From: Candidatus Parcubacteria bacterium
Lineage (GTDB): Bacteria; Patescibacteriota; Patescibacteriia; Patescibacteriales; BM507
Direction of reading: 5' to 3'
NCBI GenBank assembly: GCA_002869265.1
Contig: PKTH01000036.1
Coordinates: 50,224 to 114,223, forward strand
Length of the DNA: 64,000 bases
Translations under genes and position numbers: made by a program
Part shown: piece by piece, positions 48,299-57,000 of the stretch
Numbering within the stretch: position 1 is the stretch's first letter
How the letters are laid out: each line of letters starts with the position of its first letter
The notes under the pieces: model-generated
Told to the model about the DNA's origin: nothing
Seen by the model: only the letters and a program-made list of their open reading frames with translations
Database searches by the model: none

Positions 48299-50011
48299 AT
48301 GAGCAAAAAACAATGGGAGGTTTCTAAAAAGGCTTCAGAAGACTTTTTTAAAGAAAACCCTAAATATGACAGGGTTAGTCTCCAACTCCTCTTCAATAGA
48401 GGAATGAAAACTGAAAAAGAAATAGAGGATTTTATCAATCCTGATTTTTCTTATGACACCCATGACCCATTTCAGTTTAAGGAAATGAATACTGTCGTTG
48501 ATTTGATAATCAAACACATTAAAGAGGGAAATAAAATAACCGTTTACGGTGACTATGATGTTGACGGTGTGACTTCAAGCTCCCTGTTGATAAACACTCT
48601 AAGATCTCTAAAAGGACTAGTGGATGTCTATATACCTGATAGAAGACTTGAAGGCTATGGTATTCATAATGATGCGATTGATCAAATTATCGAAAAAGGT
48701 ACAAAGTTAATAATTTCTGTTGATTGTGGCATTAGAAACAAAGAAGAGGTCGCATATGCAAAAGAAAAAGGTATCGATATTATTATTACCGACCATCATA
48801 CCAGTAGCGAAAAAATAGAAGATTTACCAGACTGCCCTATTATTAATCCAAGAACCCCAGGAGAGACCTACCCATTTAATAAACTCGCTGGGGTGGGAGT
48901 CGCTTTCAAGGTTTCGCAAGCTCTTATTAGCAAGGCTAAAATTGATGATGAAATGAAAGACAGACTTTTAGAGCGAGGGATGGATCTATTTGCTATAGGG
49001 ACAGTAGCTGATTGTGTTGAGTTAGTGGGTGAAAATAGATCGCTTTTAATAAAAGGTCTAGAGATCCTAGACTCTACAAACAGGGTTGGAGTAAGGGAGC
49101 TCATGAACATAGCTAAGATAAACCAAGATAAAAAGATAGAGTCTTGGAACATTGGTTTTCAGATAGCCCCTAGACTAAATGCTGCTGGCAGAATGAAACA
49201 TGCCATTACTGCTTTTAACTTGCTTATTACAGAAGACAGAGCGGAGGCGAAAAAGCTTGCTAGCGAATTGAACAAAAGGAATGTTGAAAGACAGGAGATA
49301 ACAGAAGAGATAATTAACTATATTGAAAAAACTCTTGATCATAGTGATGACATTTTGGTGGCGATTAGCCCAGAAGGAGAGGCTTGGGAAGAAGGGGTTG
49401 TTGGTTTAGTTTCTGGTAGAGTTACAGAAAAATACTATAAACCGTCTCTTATTATTACTAGAACCGAAGAAGGTTTTAAGGGCTCTGGCAGGAGTATTGA
49501 CGAGCTTAATATCCTGGATTTGCTTAAAAAATGTGAAGGAACAATTGAAAAATATGGCGGACACGCCAAGGCCTGTGGTTTTAGTATAAATGAAGACAAG
49601 ATTGAAGAGTTTGTCTCTCAGGTGAAAAAAGAAGCCACCAAGGCTCTTGCCAGCAAAGAGATTAATCCGAAAATTGACGTGGAATTAGAGCTGGACTTAG
49701 ATCTGGTTAATGAAGAGCTGATAAATAAAATTCAGCGTTTTGCCCCATTTGGAGAAGCAAATCCAGCCCCGGTTTTTTTATCTAGAGAAATTAAAGTGAT
49801 GGACAAAATGGGAATGGGAGCGGACGGACAACACCTAAAGATGAAGTTGAAAAATGATAAATCAGGACTTATTAGTGCACTTGGTTTTTGGCAGACAGAA
49901 AAATGGAAAGATATAGAAATTGGTGATACTATAGATATAGTATATACCCTTGAAAATAACGAATTTAATGGCAGGGTAGATCCTCAAATGAGGATAGTTG
50001 ATATAAATTAA
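48299..50011 (+). CDS. recJ: Single-stranded-DNA-specific exonuclease RecJ
   Basis: DHH motifs (VYGDYDVDGVTSS, IITDHH) and a DHHA1 domain. The ATG at 48299 is preferred over the TTG at 48284. Confidence 0.9.
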   Translation: MSKKQWEVSKKASEDFFKENPKYDRVSLQLLFNRGMKTEKEIEDFINPDFSYDTHDPFQFKEMNTVVDLIIKHIKEGNKITVYGDYDVDGVTSSSLLINTLRSLKGLVDVYIPDRRLEGYGIHNDAIDQIIEKGTKLIISVDCGIRNKEEVAYAKEKGIDIIITDHHTSSEKIEDLPDCPIINPRTPGETYPFNKLAGVGVAFKVSQALISKAKIDDEMKDRLLERGMDLFAIGTVADCVELVGENRSLLIKGLEILDSTNRVGVRELMNIAKINQDKKIESWNIGFQIAPRLNAAGRMKHAITAFNLLITEDRAEAKKLASELNKRNVERQEITEEIINYIEKTLDHSDDILVAISPEGEAWEEGVVGLVSGRVTEKYYKPSLIITRTEEGFKGSGRSIDELNILDLLKKCEGTIEKYGGHAKACGFSINEDKIEEFVSQVKKEATKALASKEINPKIDVELELDLDLVNEELINKIQRFAPFGEANPAPVFLSREIKVMDKMGMGADGQHLKMKLKNDKSGLISALGFWQTEKWKDIEIGDTIDIVYTLENNEFNGRVDPQMRIVDIN

Positions 50012-50020
50012 TCTTAGCTT

Positions 50021-50422
50021 ATGAAAATACTTATACATTCTGACGGTGGAGCGAGAGGCAATCCAGGCCCAGCGGGAATTGGTGCAATTTTAAAAAATGA
50101 GAGCGGAGATGTTCTAGCGACCGTTTCAGAATATATAGGTGAGACAACCAACAATCAAGCAGAATACAAAGCAGCAATCGCAGGGATAGAAAAAGCAAGA
50201 GATTTGGGAGCAACTGAGCTCGATATGTTTTTGGATAGTGAACTAGTAGTAAAACAGCTCAATCAAGAATATCGTGTCAAAAACAAGGACTTAGCACCAC
50301 TCTTTGTAAAAATATATAACCTTTCTCAGGGTTTTAAAAAAGTAAGCTACACTCATGTTAGACGCGAGCAAAATAAGGAGGCAGATCAGCTGGCTAACGA
50401 AGCAATGGACAGAGGAAAATAG
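50021..50422 (+). CDS. rnhA: Ribonuclease HI
   Basis: DGGARGNPGPAG, TNNQAEYKA and NKEADQLAN (the D-E-D-D catalytic residues). Confidence 0.85.
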   Translation: MKILIHSDGGARGNPGPAGIGAILKNESGDVLATVSEYIGETTNNQAEYKAAIAGIEKARDLGATELDMFLDSELVVKQLNQEYRVKNKDLAPLFVKIYNLSQGFKKVSYTHVRREQNKEADQLANEAMDRGK

Positions 50423-50436
50423 AATATAAATCTATC

Positions 50437-50467
50437 AAAAAGGACTATCAGAAATAGTCCTTTTTTA
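50437..50467. terminator. Bidirectional rho-independent terminator
   Basis: aaaggactat-cagaa-atagtccttt flanked by A- and T-runs, between convergent genes. Confidence 0.8.
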
Positions 50468-50471
50468 GTTT

Positions 50472-50774
50472 TTATGAGTGAAGATATTTTGGATGTTCAA
50501 CTCGTTCTACACCCAAGACTTTTTCAAACTCTTGTATAAGAGTCTCTGTCTCCGTCCTTGAAGTAAAAACCCCCAGAAAGCATTCATCGTTCGCAAAGTC
50601 GTCGCAGCTTAATGCTAGTTTAATGTCAGAATTCTGTATTACCTCAAGCGCACGATGGCTTACGATGTATATCAATGGTTCTTTGTCGAATCTTTCCCAG
50701 ATAATAACATCATCAATTTTTCTTCCCAGGAGAGCAAAAATTTGTGCTCTTGAGATGGTGGTAGATAGTATCAT
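50472..50774 (-). CDS. Hypothetical protein (100 aa), third gene of the HTH operon
   Basis: SD GGAGG upstream. 10-bp gap to the upstream gene. Confidence 0.55.
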   Translation of the reverse strand: MILSTTISRAQIFALLGRKIDDVIIWERFDKEPLIYIVSHRALEVIQNSDIKLALSCDDFANDECFLGVFTSRTETETLIQEFEKVLGVERVEHPKYLHS

Positions 50775-50784
50775 TCAATCCTCC

Positions 50785-51222
50785 TTATTCTTCTGCGTTT
50801 ATAAGTTCAGAGTTACATACTGGGCAAAGTGGTTTGCATATAGTTCGTTTTTTACCCTTTAGAATTTTTTTGTTGTCTCTATCGGGGTTTCTGAGAATGC
50901 TAACGCATTCTTCGCAAATATACTCACTAGTATGGTAATATGAATCTTCGAATTTTCCTGAATGTAGTAACTCAGACATAGCCTGGGCTAAGGCTTCAAA
51001 ACCCTTTATTGGTTTTTCGCTGTCCAGCTTTAAGTTGAGTCTTCTGATGTGGGGAATTACTTTGTCTAGGGCTAAGTCTCGGCTATCTTCTGGGAGAAGA
51101 TTTCTTAAGGCCTCAATGTATGAAAAAGCATTTGGACACTTTTTAGCGATCGACTTCGCTGGATTTCTTAGAGTGAAAGTCCCCTGACATTTTAAGCATT
51201 TATGTTTGGGAAATTTATTCAT
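50785..51222 (-). CDS. Zinc-ribbon protein (145 aa; CxxC x4)
   Basis: CLKCQG...C near the N-terminus and CEEC...CPVC near the C-terminus. SD GGAG upstream. Confidence 0.6.
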   Translation of the reverse strand: MNKFPKHKCLKCQGTFTLRNPAKSIAKKCPNAFSYIEALRNLLPEDSRDLALDKVIPHIRRLNLKLDSEKPIKGFEALAQAMSELLHSGKFEDSYYHTSEYICEECVSILRNPDRDNKKILKGKKRTICKPLCPVCNSELINAEE

Positions 51223-51247
51223 TAGATATCTCCTATTTAAAGATCAT

Positions 51248-51634
51248 TTATTTTTTCCAATTTTCAATGTATTTTGCAATACCGTTATTTTCTATTTTGT
51301 TTTTTAATTTTGTGGATGTGTATAAGTATCGTATAACAGATCCTAGGTCTATTGAATATCTGTCATTGATGACTTTGTACTGAACAAGGTCGGCCTGGAT
51401 TGCTCTTCTTATTGTTTTGGATTGAACACCACCTATCTTTGCTGCCTCTGATACAGACACCCACAAAGGCTCAAAATTGGTTTCTGAGAGCGGTATCTCT
51501 ACTTTGTATCTTTCGGTATTGATTCTACTCTTTTTCTTTTCAGGGCTGCTTATTGGAATCGGTGAACTAAGCTCATTTATTTCTGAGTTTTGAGGAGAAT
51601 TTTTAGAAATATTTTTTCCCACACTGTCTTTCAT
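51248..51634 (-). CDS. Excisionase/MerR-family HTH DNA-binding protein (128 aa)
   Basis: LWVSVSEAAKIGGVQSKTIRRAIQADLVQYKVINDRYSI resembles the excisionase-family HTH (TIGR01764-like), with a Pro/Ser-rich N-terminal tail. Confidence 0.65.
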   Translation of the reverse strand: MKDSVGKNISKNSPQNSEINELSSPIPISSPEKKKSRINTERYKVEIPLSETNFEPLWVSVSEAAKIGGVQSKTIRRAIQADLVQYKVINDRYSIDLGSVIRYLYTSTKLKNKIENNGIAKYIENWKK

Positions 51635-51639
51635 GTCGA

Positions 51640-51808
51640 CTTAAGTCTAGTAAAATCTGGACTTAAATAAATAATTATCTAAAATTAGTTAATAAATATT
51701 TAAGTCTAATAAATACTAGACCTAAATAAAAAATTAACCAATATGAGCTTGATAAAATTATATTTTTGTTTTTTAATTATTTTAAGTCCATGTTTACATA
51801 GACTTAAA
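51640..51808. promoter_or_regulatory. Array of three dyad-symmetric operators TTTAAGTC-N12-GACYTAAA in the divergent intergenic region
   Basis: Sites at 51640-51667 (cTTAAGTC-N12-GACTTAAA), 51699-51726 (TTTAAGTC-N12-GACCTAAA) and 51781-51808 (TTTAAGTC-N12-GACTTAAA). Site 1 begins 6 bp from the HTH gene start codon. Confidence 0.6.
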
Positions 51809-52080
51809 TAACAATTTTTTTATATACTTGCATATTTTTTGATATAAATCAATAGTCCATAGTATTTATAAATTTACTATAAAATCACTTATAATTTTCT
51901 GTATTCAGAGGACTTTGTTTTTAGAAATTTTTTATAAATTAATTCTTGCTATTTGATTATTTTCGTGCTAAATTAGTTAATAGATTAATTAGAAAAATAT
52001 ATTAGAAAGTGACTCAAATAGGTCCTTTTTTTATTTATTTATTTTACTGTAACAATTCTTTTGTTTTTACGTATTATTAA

Positions 52081-52653
52081 ATGAGTTTATTTAACATAAA
52101 AGATCAGTCACTTCTTTCTAGACTGAAAAACGATAATAAAGAAGCTTTTATAGAAGCTTATGATTTATACGTAGATCAAATTTATCGTTTTGTTTTTTTT
52201 AAAGTCGGAAGCAAAGAAGAAGCTGAGGATATAACCTCGGCTGTTTTCCTCAAAACTTGGAACCATATCCAGGAAACAGACAAGCTTGTTGAGAAAACTC
52301 TCAAAGCACTTCTTTATAGGATAGCTAGAAACACGATTATTGATCACTACAGAAAGAAAAAAGAATTGAGCGATATTTCTATCGATGCTGAAGATTCTGA
52401 TTTTGATCTTCCAGATGGTTCACAAGATATTGAGGCGAAAATCCAACTGGATAGTGAGATAGAAATTGTTCACGCGAAATTACTTGAGCTAAAGGATGAG
52501 TATCGAGAGATTATAATGATGCGCTACATCAATGAAATGAGCATAGAAGAAGTAGCCACTATTTTAGAAAAATCAAAGGGGAATATTCGGGTTCTGACCC
52601 ACAGAGCATTAAAAGCCCTAAACGAATTAGTAGGGGTTGATGAAAAAAAATGA
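52081..52653 (+). CDS. ECF-type RNA polymerase sigma-70 factor
   Basis: Region 2 (YRFVFFKVGSKEEAEDITSAVFLKTW) and region 4 HTH (MMRYINEMSIEEVATILEKSKGNIRVLTHRALKAL). Confidence 0.85.
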   Translation: MSLFNIKDQSLLSRLKNDNKEAFIEAYDLYVDQIYRFVFFKVGSKEEAEDITSAVFLKTWNHIQETDKLVEKTLKALLYRIARNTIIDHYRKKKELSDISIDAEDSDFDLPDGSQDIEAKIQLDSEIEIVHAKLLELKDEYREIIMMRYINEMSIEEVATILEKSKGNIRVLTHRALKALNELVGVDEKK

Positions 52654-53675
52654 ACGAAAAAGACATATTAAAAAAACTTAATAGTTATAAAGCAATCAAA
52701 GCTGATAAAACCTGGAAGAAGGAAAATCGTCAGGTTTTGTTTAATCAAATAATGAATTCCAGCTCAGGCAATGAGGCTGATTTTTCTTTTGCAAAAATTG
52801 CTAATGCGTTTAAAATTTATTCAGATACTTTTTATAATGGAATCGTTAAGAGAATGGGACAGCCCGTTCTTTTGACTTCTATGATTGTTTTAGTGGTCTT
52901 GGGAGGTGGTGTTATGAGTATTGACGCTTCTCGTGATGCAACCCCTGGAGATTCACTATATATTGCTAAGAAAATTTCTGAGAAAACAAAGTTTGCTTTA
53001 ACTTTTAGTGAGAAGAAAAAGGCACAATTGAATGTATCTTTTGCAGAAAACAGAGCCAAGGAGATTGCACAGGTGATGGCAGACGAGAAACCAGAAACTG
53101 AGAAGCAGGAAATAGTTGAAAGACTAACAGGGGATTTTAAAAAGGAAATTAGCAATGTCAAAAATAGAATCGAAAAAATCGCTAAAGAAGTAAAAGAAAC
53201 TGAAGAGAATGTTGAAGTGATTGAGACTGAAGAGTCTCTGGAAGAAAATATATTTACTGCTAATTTGGGCAAAGGAGATGAGGGGCTTTCTATAGAGTCT
53301 GAGGTGGAGGTTGTAGAGCTAGCCGAAGAGGACCTTGCTGAAGAGCTTGCTCAAGAAGAGGAGACTGAAGTAGAGCTGGAAGATGAAGAGCTTGTCGAAT
53401 TAGCCGAAGAGACAGATACAGAGGGAGCTAGTTCAAGTGATGCAGTTGAAGAGGAAGCAGTAGAGACAAATTCTCAGGAAATGTTAAGTGAAGTAAGAGA
53501 ATTAATCGAAAGTGATGATTTTGACGCTACCCTCGAAAAGCTAGACGCAGTTTCAGTCAGCCTAGATAAAGAAATAGAAAGTGGAGAAGTAAAGGGTGTT
53601 GAAGAGTCCTTGGAAGATGAAACTATTTCATCTGAGGTAGTCGAGGAGGCTGCTACCAGTACCGAAGAAAATTAA
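52650..53675 (+). CDS. Putative membrane anti-sigma factor with a highly acidic extracytoplasmic tail
   Basis: Its start overlaps the sigma-factor stop. A single TM (LLTSMIVLVVLGGGVMSI) separates an 80-aa cytoplasmic part from a Glu-rich 250-aa C-terminus. Confidence 0.5.
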   Translation: MNEKDILKKLNSYKAIKADKTWKKENRQVLFNQIMNSSSGNEADFSFAKIANAFKIYSDTFYNGIVKRMGQPVLLTSMIVLVVLGGGVMSIDASRDATPGDSLYIAKKISEKTKFALTFSEKKKAQLNVSFAENRAKEIAQVMADEKPETEKQEIVERLTGDFKKEISNVKNRIEKIAKEVKETEENVEVIETEESLEENIFTANLGKGDEGLSIESEVEVVELAEEDLAEELAQEEETEVELEDEELVELAEETDTEGASSSDAVEEEAVETNSQEMLSEVRELIESDDFDATLEKLDAVSVSLDKEIESGEVKGVEESLEDETISSEVVEEAATSTEEN

Positions 53676-53831
53676 TTTCAATAAAAGCTTGTCGTAACTT
53701 ACAAAATTGAATAAAGAATTTAGTGTTGATTTTTTTGAGGTGAATATTTCACTTTAGAAAAATCTACATTATGTATTTAGTGTAGAGGTAGTGAAACCAG
53801 GTCGATCTCGATTAGAGAGTTTTGCTAAAAT

Positions 53832-53963
53832 CCTTCTTCGGAAGGTGTGCGATCATTTTTAAATGAACAAGCTTTATTCCCCGCGTTTATGTTTATAAAC
53901 ATAAACGCAGGATAAACTTCCCCCATGAATTTTACCTACGTATTTATAAATATAAATGCGGGG
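53832..53963. other. Cluster of strong palindromes/hairpins upstream of the major surface-protein gene
   Basis: CCTTC-TTCG-GAAGG hairpin (53832-53845); a perfect 26-bp palindrome GCGTTTATGTTTATAAACATAAACGC (53883-53908) flanked by CCCC; and a related hairpin CGTATTTATAAATATAAATGCG-GGGG (53939-53963). Confidence 0.4.
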
Positions 53964-53983
53964 ATAATGGGATTCCAGTTTAT

Positions 53984-54013
53984 TTGAAAATATTTAAGGT
54001 CGTAATCTATAAA
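53984..54013 (+). promoter_or_regulatory. Candidate promoter of the surface-protein gene
   Basis: TTGAAA, an 18-nt spacer, then TATAAA. The SD GAAAGGA lies 9 nt before the ATG at 54077. Confidence 0.3.
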
Positions 54014-54076
54014 ATAAAATTGTTCTGTTTGGACTAGGTGCACTTATCCAAGCAAACAAAGAAAGGACAAATCTTT

Positions 54077-57000
54077 ATGAAAAGATTGAAAAAAATGATT
54101 GTCTTAAGTGTCATGATGATGACAGTTTTCTCAATGAGTGTTGTTGTAGCTCCAGAAGCTAGCGCAGCATCTGCAGGAGACTTAATCAAAATGGATGGTT
54201 TATCATCTGTTTACTATCTTGGCGCTGATGGCAAAAGATACGTTTTCCCTAACGAGTCTACTTACTTTTCATGGTATAGTGATTTTTCTGGTGTTGTAAC
54301 AATTTCACAAAGTGAATTAGAATCTTACAATCTTGGTAAGAACGTTACAATGAGACCAGGTACAAGTCTTGTTAAAATTACTACAAATCCTAACGTTTAT
54401 GCTGTAACTCCAGGTGGCGATTTACTTTTAATCCCTTCTGAAGAAGTAGCTATGGCGTTATACGGTGAAGCTTGGGCATCAAGAGTCGTTGACATTGCTG
54501 ACTCATTCTTCACAAACTACGAGATCGCTTCTGGTGAAGCTTCTGCTGATATGTTACCAGCTGGTTCTTTAGCTAAATTCGGTGGTGCTGATGTTTATTA
54601 CATCGATGCTGACGGTTCAGCTAGACTAATTGTTGACGAAGCAGCTTTCGAAGCTAACAGATTTAACTTCGGTTTCGTTATCGATTCTAGCCTAGACATG
54701 CCTGCTGCCGGTGATGATGTAACAGCTAAAGAAGATTCTTTATCTGATACAGCTCAAGGTGCTGGTGGTCAAGCTGGTGCTGGTACTGGTGTTTCTGTAG
54801 CTTTAGCTTCTGATACTCCAGCTGCTGGAAACGTTCCAACAGGTGCTTCAGTTGAGGTTTTGAAATTCAATGTTTCAGCTTCAAATGATGGTGATGTTAA
54901 CATCAACAGCATTAAACTATCTGCTTTCGGGTTAGGTAGTGCTGGTGATATTGATGCTGTTGCTTTCTATGATAATGGAGTAAAAGTAGGTACTTCAAAA
55001 GACCTTAATGCTTCAGATAGATACTCAGTATTTAACTTCTCAACACCTATTAATATCCCAGCTGGTTCAACAAAAGCGTTAACTGTAAAAGCTACACTAG
55101 CTAATACAAGTAACTATGCTGTTGGTATCAAAGAGGCAGGAGATATTATGACAAACGGTGCTGTTGTTTCAGGTTCATTCCCTATCGAAGGTAATGTTGT
55201 ATCTGGAGTTACTGCTTCTCTTGGAGCTTTTGACTTCGATAATGTTGAAACAACTGATACAAACAACCAATTTGGTGAAGATAATGTTCTATTAGCTGCT
55301 TTTGATGTTGATGTTACAGCAACAGAAGATGTGCTACTTGGAGCTATTAGACTAAGAAATGGTGGAACAAATTCAAATGATATTGTTTCAAACATCTCTT
55401 TAGTAGTTGACGGTGACGAGGTTCAATCTGGACTAAGCATCGTTGATAGATATGTAAACCTTGATGCAGGCGGATACCTAATCGAAAAAGGTCAATCAGC
55501 TTCTGTAGAGGTTTATGGTGATATTGGAATTGGCAATGCTAATGACACTATCGGTCTATACATGAAAGAAGCAACTGACATTTCAGTTGTTGGAAAAACA
55601 TTTGGCTATGAGCTATCTGCTACAGCTGATACTGACCTAACAACTTTGATGACTTCTAATGGTGCTATCGTAGTAACACTAGATGCTGGTGACTTCGCAA
55701 TTGATATGGACAAAACAGCTACTCCTGCTAAAGATATTAGAGCTGACTCTACAAATGTTGTTTTAGCTACAATTAAAATGACATCAAATTCAGAGAACGC
55801 TACTTTAGACGGAATTGGAGCTGGTCTAACTGTTACTGGTTCTAACATCCAAGGTGATGAGCTAGATTCATTTGAATTAGTTGACCTTGATTCTGGATCA
55901 GTATTTGATCTTACAGCTGACGGTGTAGCTGACGCTACATTCAATCTTACAATGACTGACGAAGTCGCTTTTGTTAAAGGAGTAACTAAGACTTTCGCTC
56001 TAAGATGTGATGTTCTAGCAGCTGCTGACGTTAATGACGTATTCAAAGTTACTTTAGCAGGTTCTGCTCTAACACTAACTGGTGATACTTCTGATGCTAC
56101 AATTTCAGATATCACTCCAAGTTCAGTAACTGGAGCTAACCAAACTGTTAAAGGTGCTACATTAACATGGACAACATCTGTATTAACTGACAAAACAGTT
56201 GTAACAGGTGCTTCTGATGTGATTGTTTATCAAGCTGGTGTAAAAGCTGGTGATGTTTCACCTATCACAATTACTTCTATTAAATTAGACGTTGTTGCTG
56301 ATGATGGTGATGTTAACGGTTCATTTATTGATAACAATATCACTAAATTGGATCTATACATGAACAATGTATTAGTTAAGAGTCTTTCTAACGGAATCAC
56401 AGAAGCTACTGCTCCTAATGGTTACGTTACATTCTCTTCACTTCCAACTGCTTCAAGAACTGTTGCAGCTGGTGCTACTGTTCCAGTTGAAGTAAAAGCT
56501 ACTTTTGCTTCAAGCTTCGCTACTACTTCTACATGGAGTGTTGGTGTTGTTGCTGCTGGTTCAGTTAGTGCAAAAGATGATCAAAACACTACTGTATCTG
56601 CCTCTGTTCCTTACGTTCTAGGGTCAAGAGATGTTACTTTAGCTGCAGCTGGTTATCTAAAAGCTACTTTACTAACTGATGATCAAATGGCTGACAGAGA
56701 TACCTACATCGTTGCAGGTCAATCTACAGATGCTGATGATTATCTAGGTGAAGTTGAGCTAAGAGCTTATAACGAAGGTATTACAGTTCAATCTCTTGTT
56801 CTAATGCAATCTGGTACAGCTACTGGTGCTGATATTTCTATGGTAAATCTATATGATTCATCTGGATCTTTAGTTGCTAGCGCTCTACCAACAGTTGAAG
56901 GACACGCTTTCTTCGATTCATTAGACCTTGACGTTGCTGCTGACGAAACAGATTCTTATTTCATTGGTATTGATGCAAAATCAATCAATGCAAATGGTGA

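Noticed and set aside
50472-52080. Prophage or integrative-element remnant (excisionase-like HTH plus iteron-like repeats)
   Set aside because: No integrase, recombinase, tRNA attachment site or terminal direct repeats are visible in the window. The repeats are better explained as dyad operators, so this is kept only as a low-probability alternative.
53676-54037. Possible tRNA or CRISPR-like element in the structured intergenic region
   Set aside because: There is no cloverleaf-compatible arrangement (no GTTCRA T-loop, no acceptor pairing). Only two related palindromes were found, with no regular spacer/repeat periodicity, so this is not a CRISPR array.
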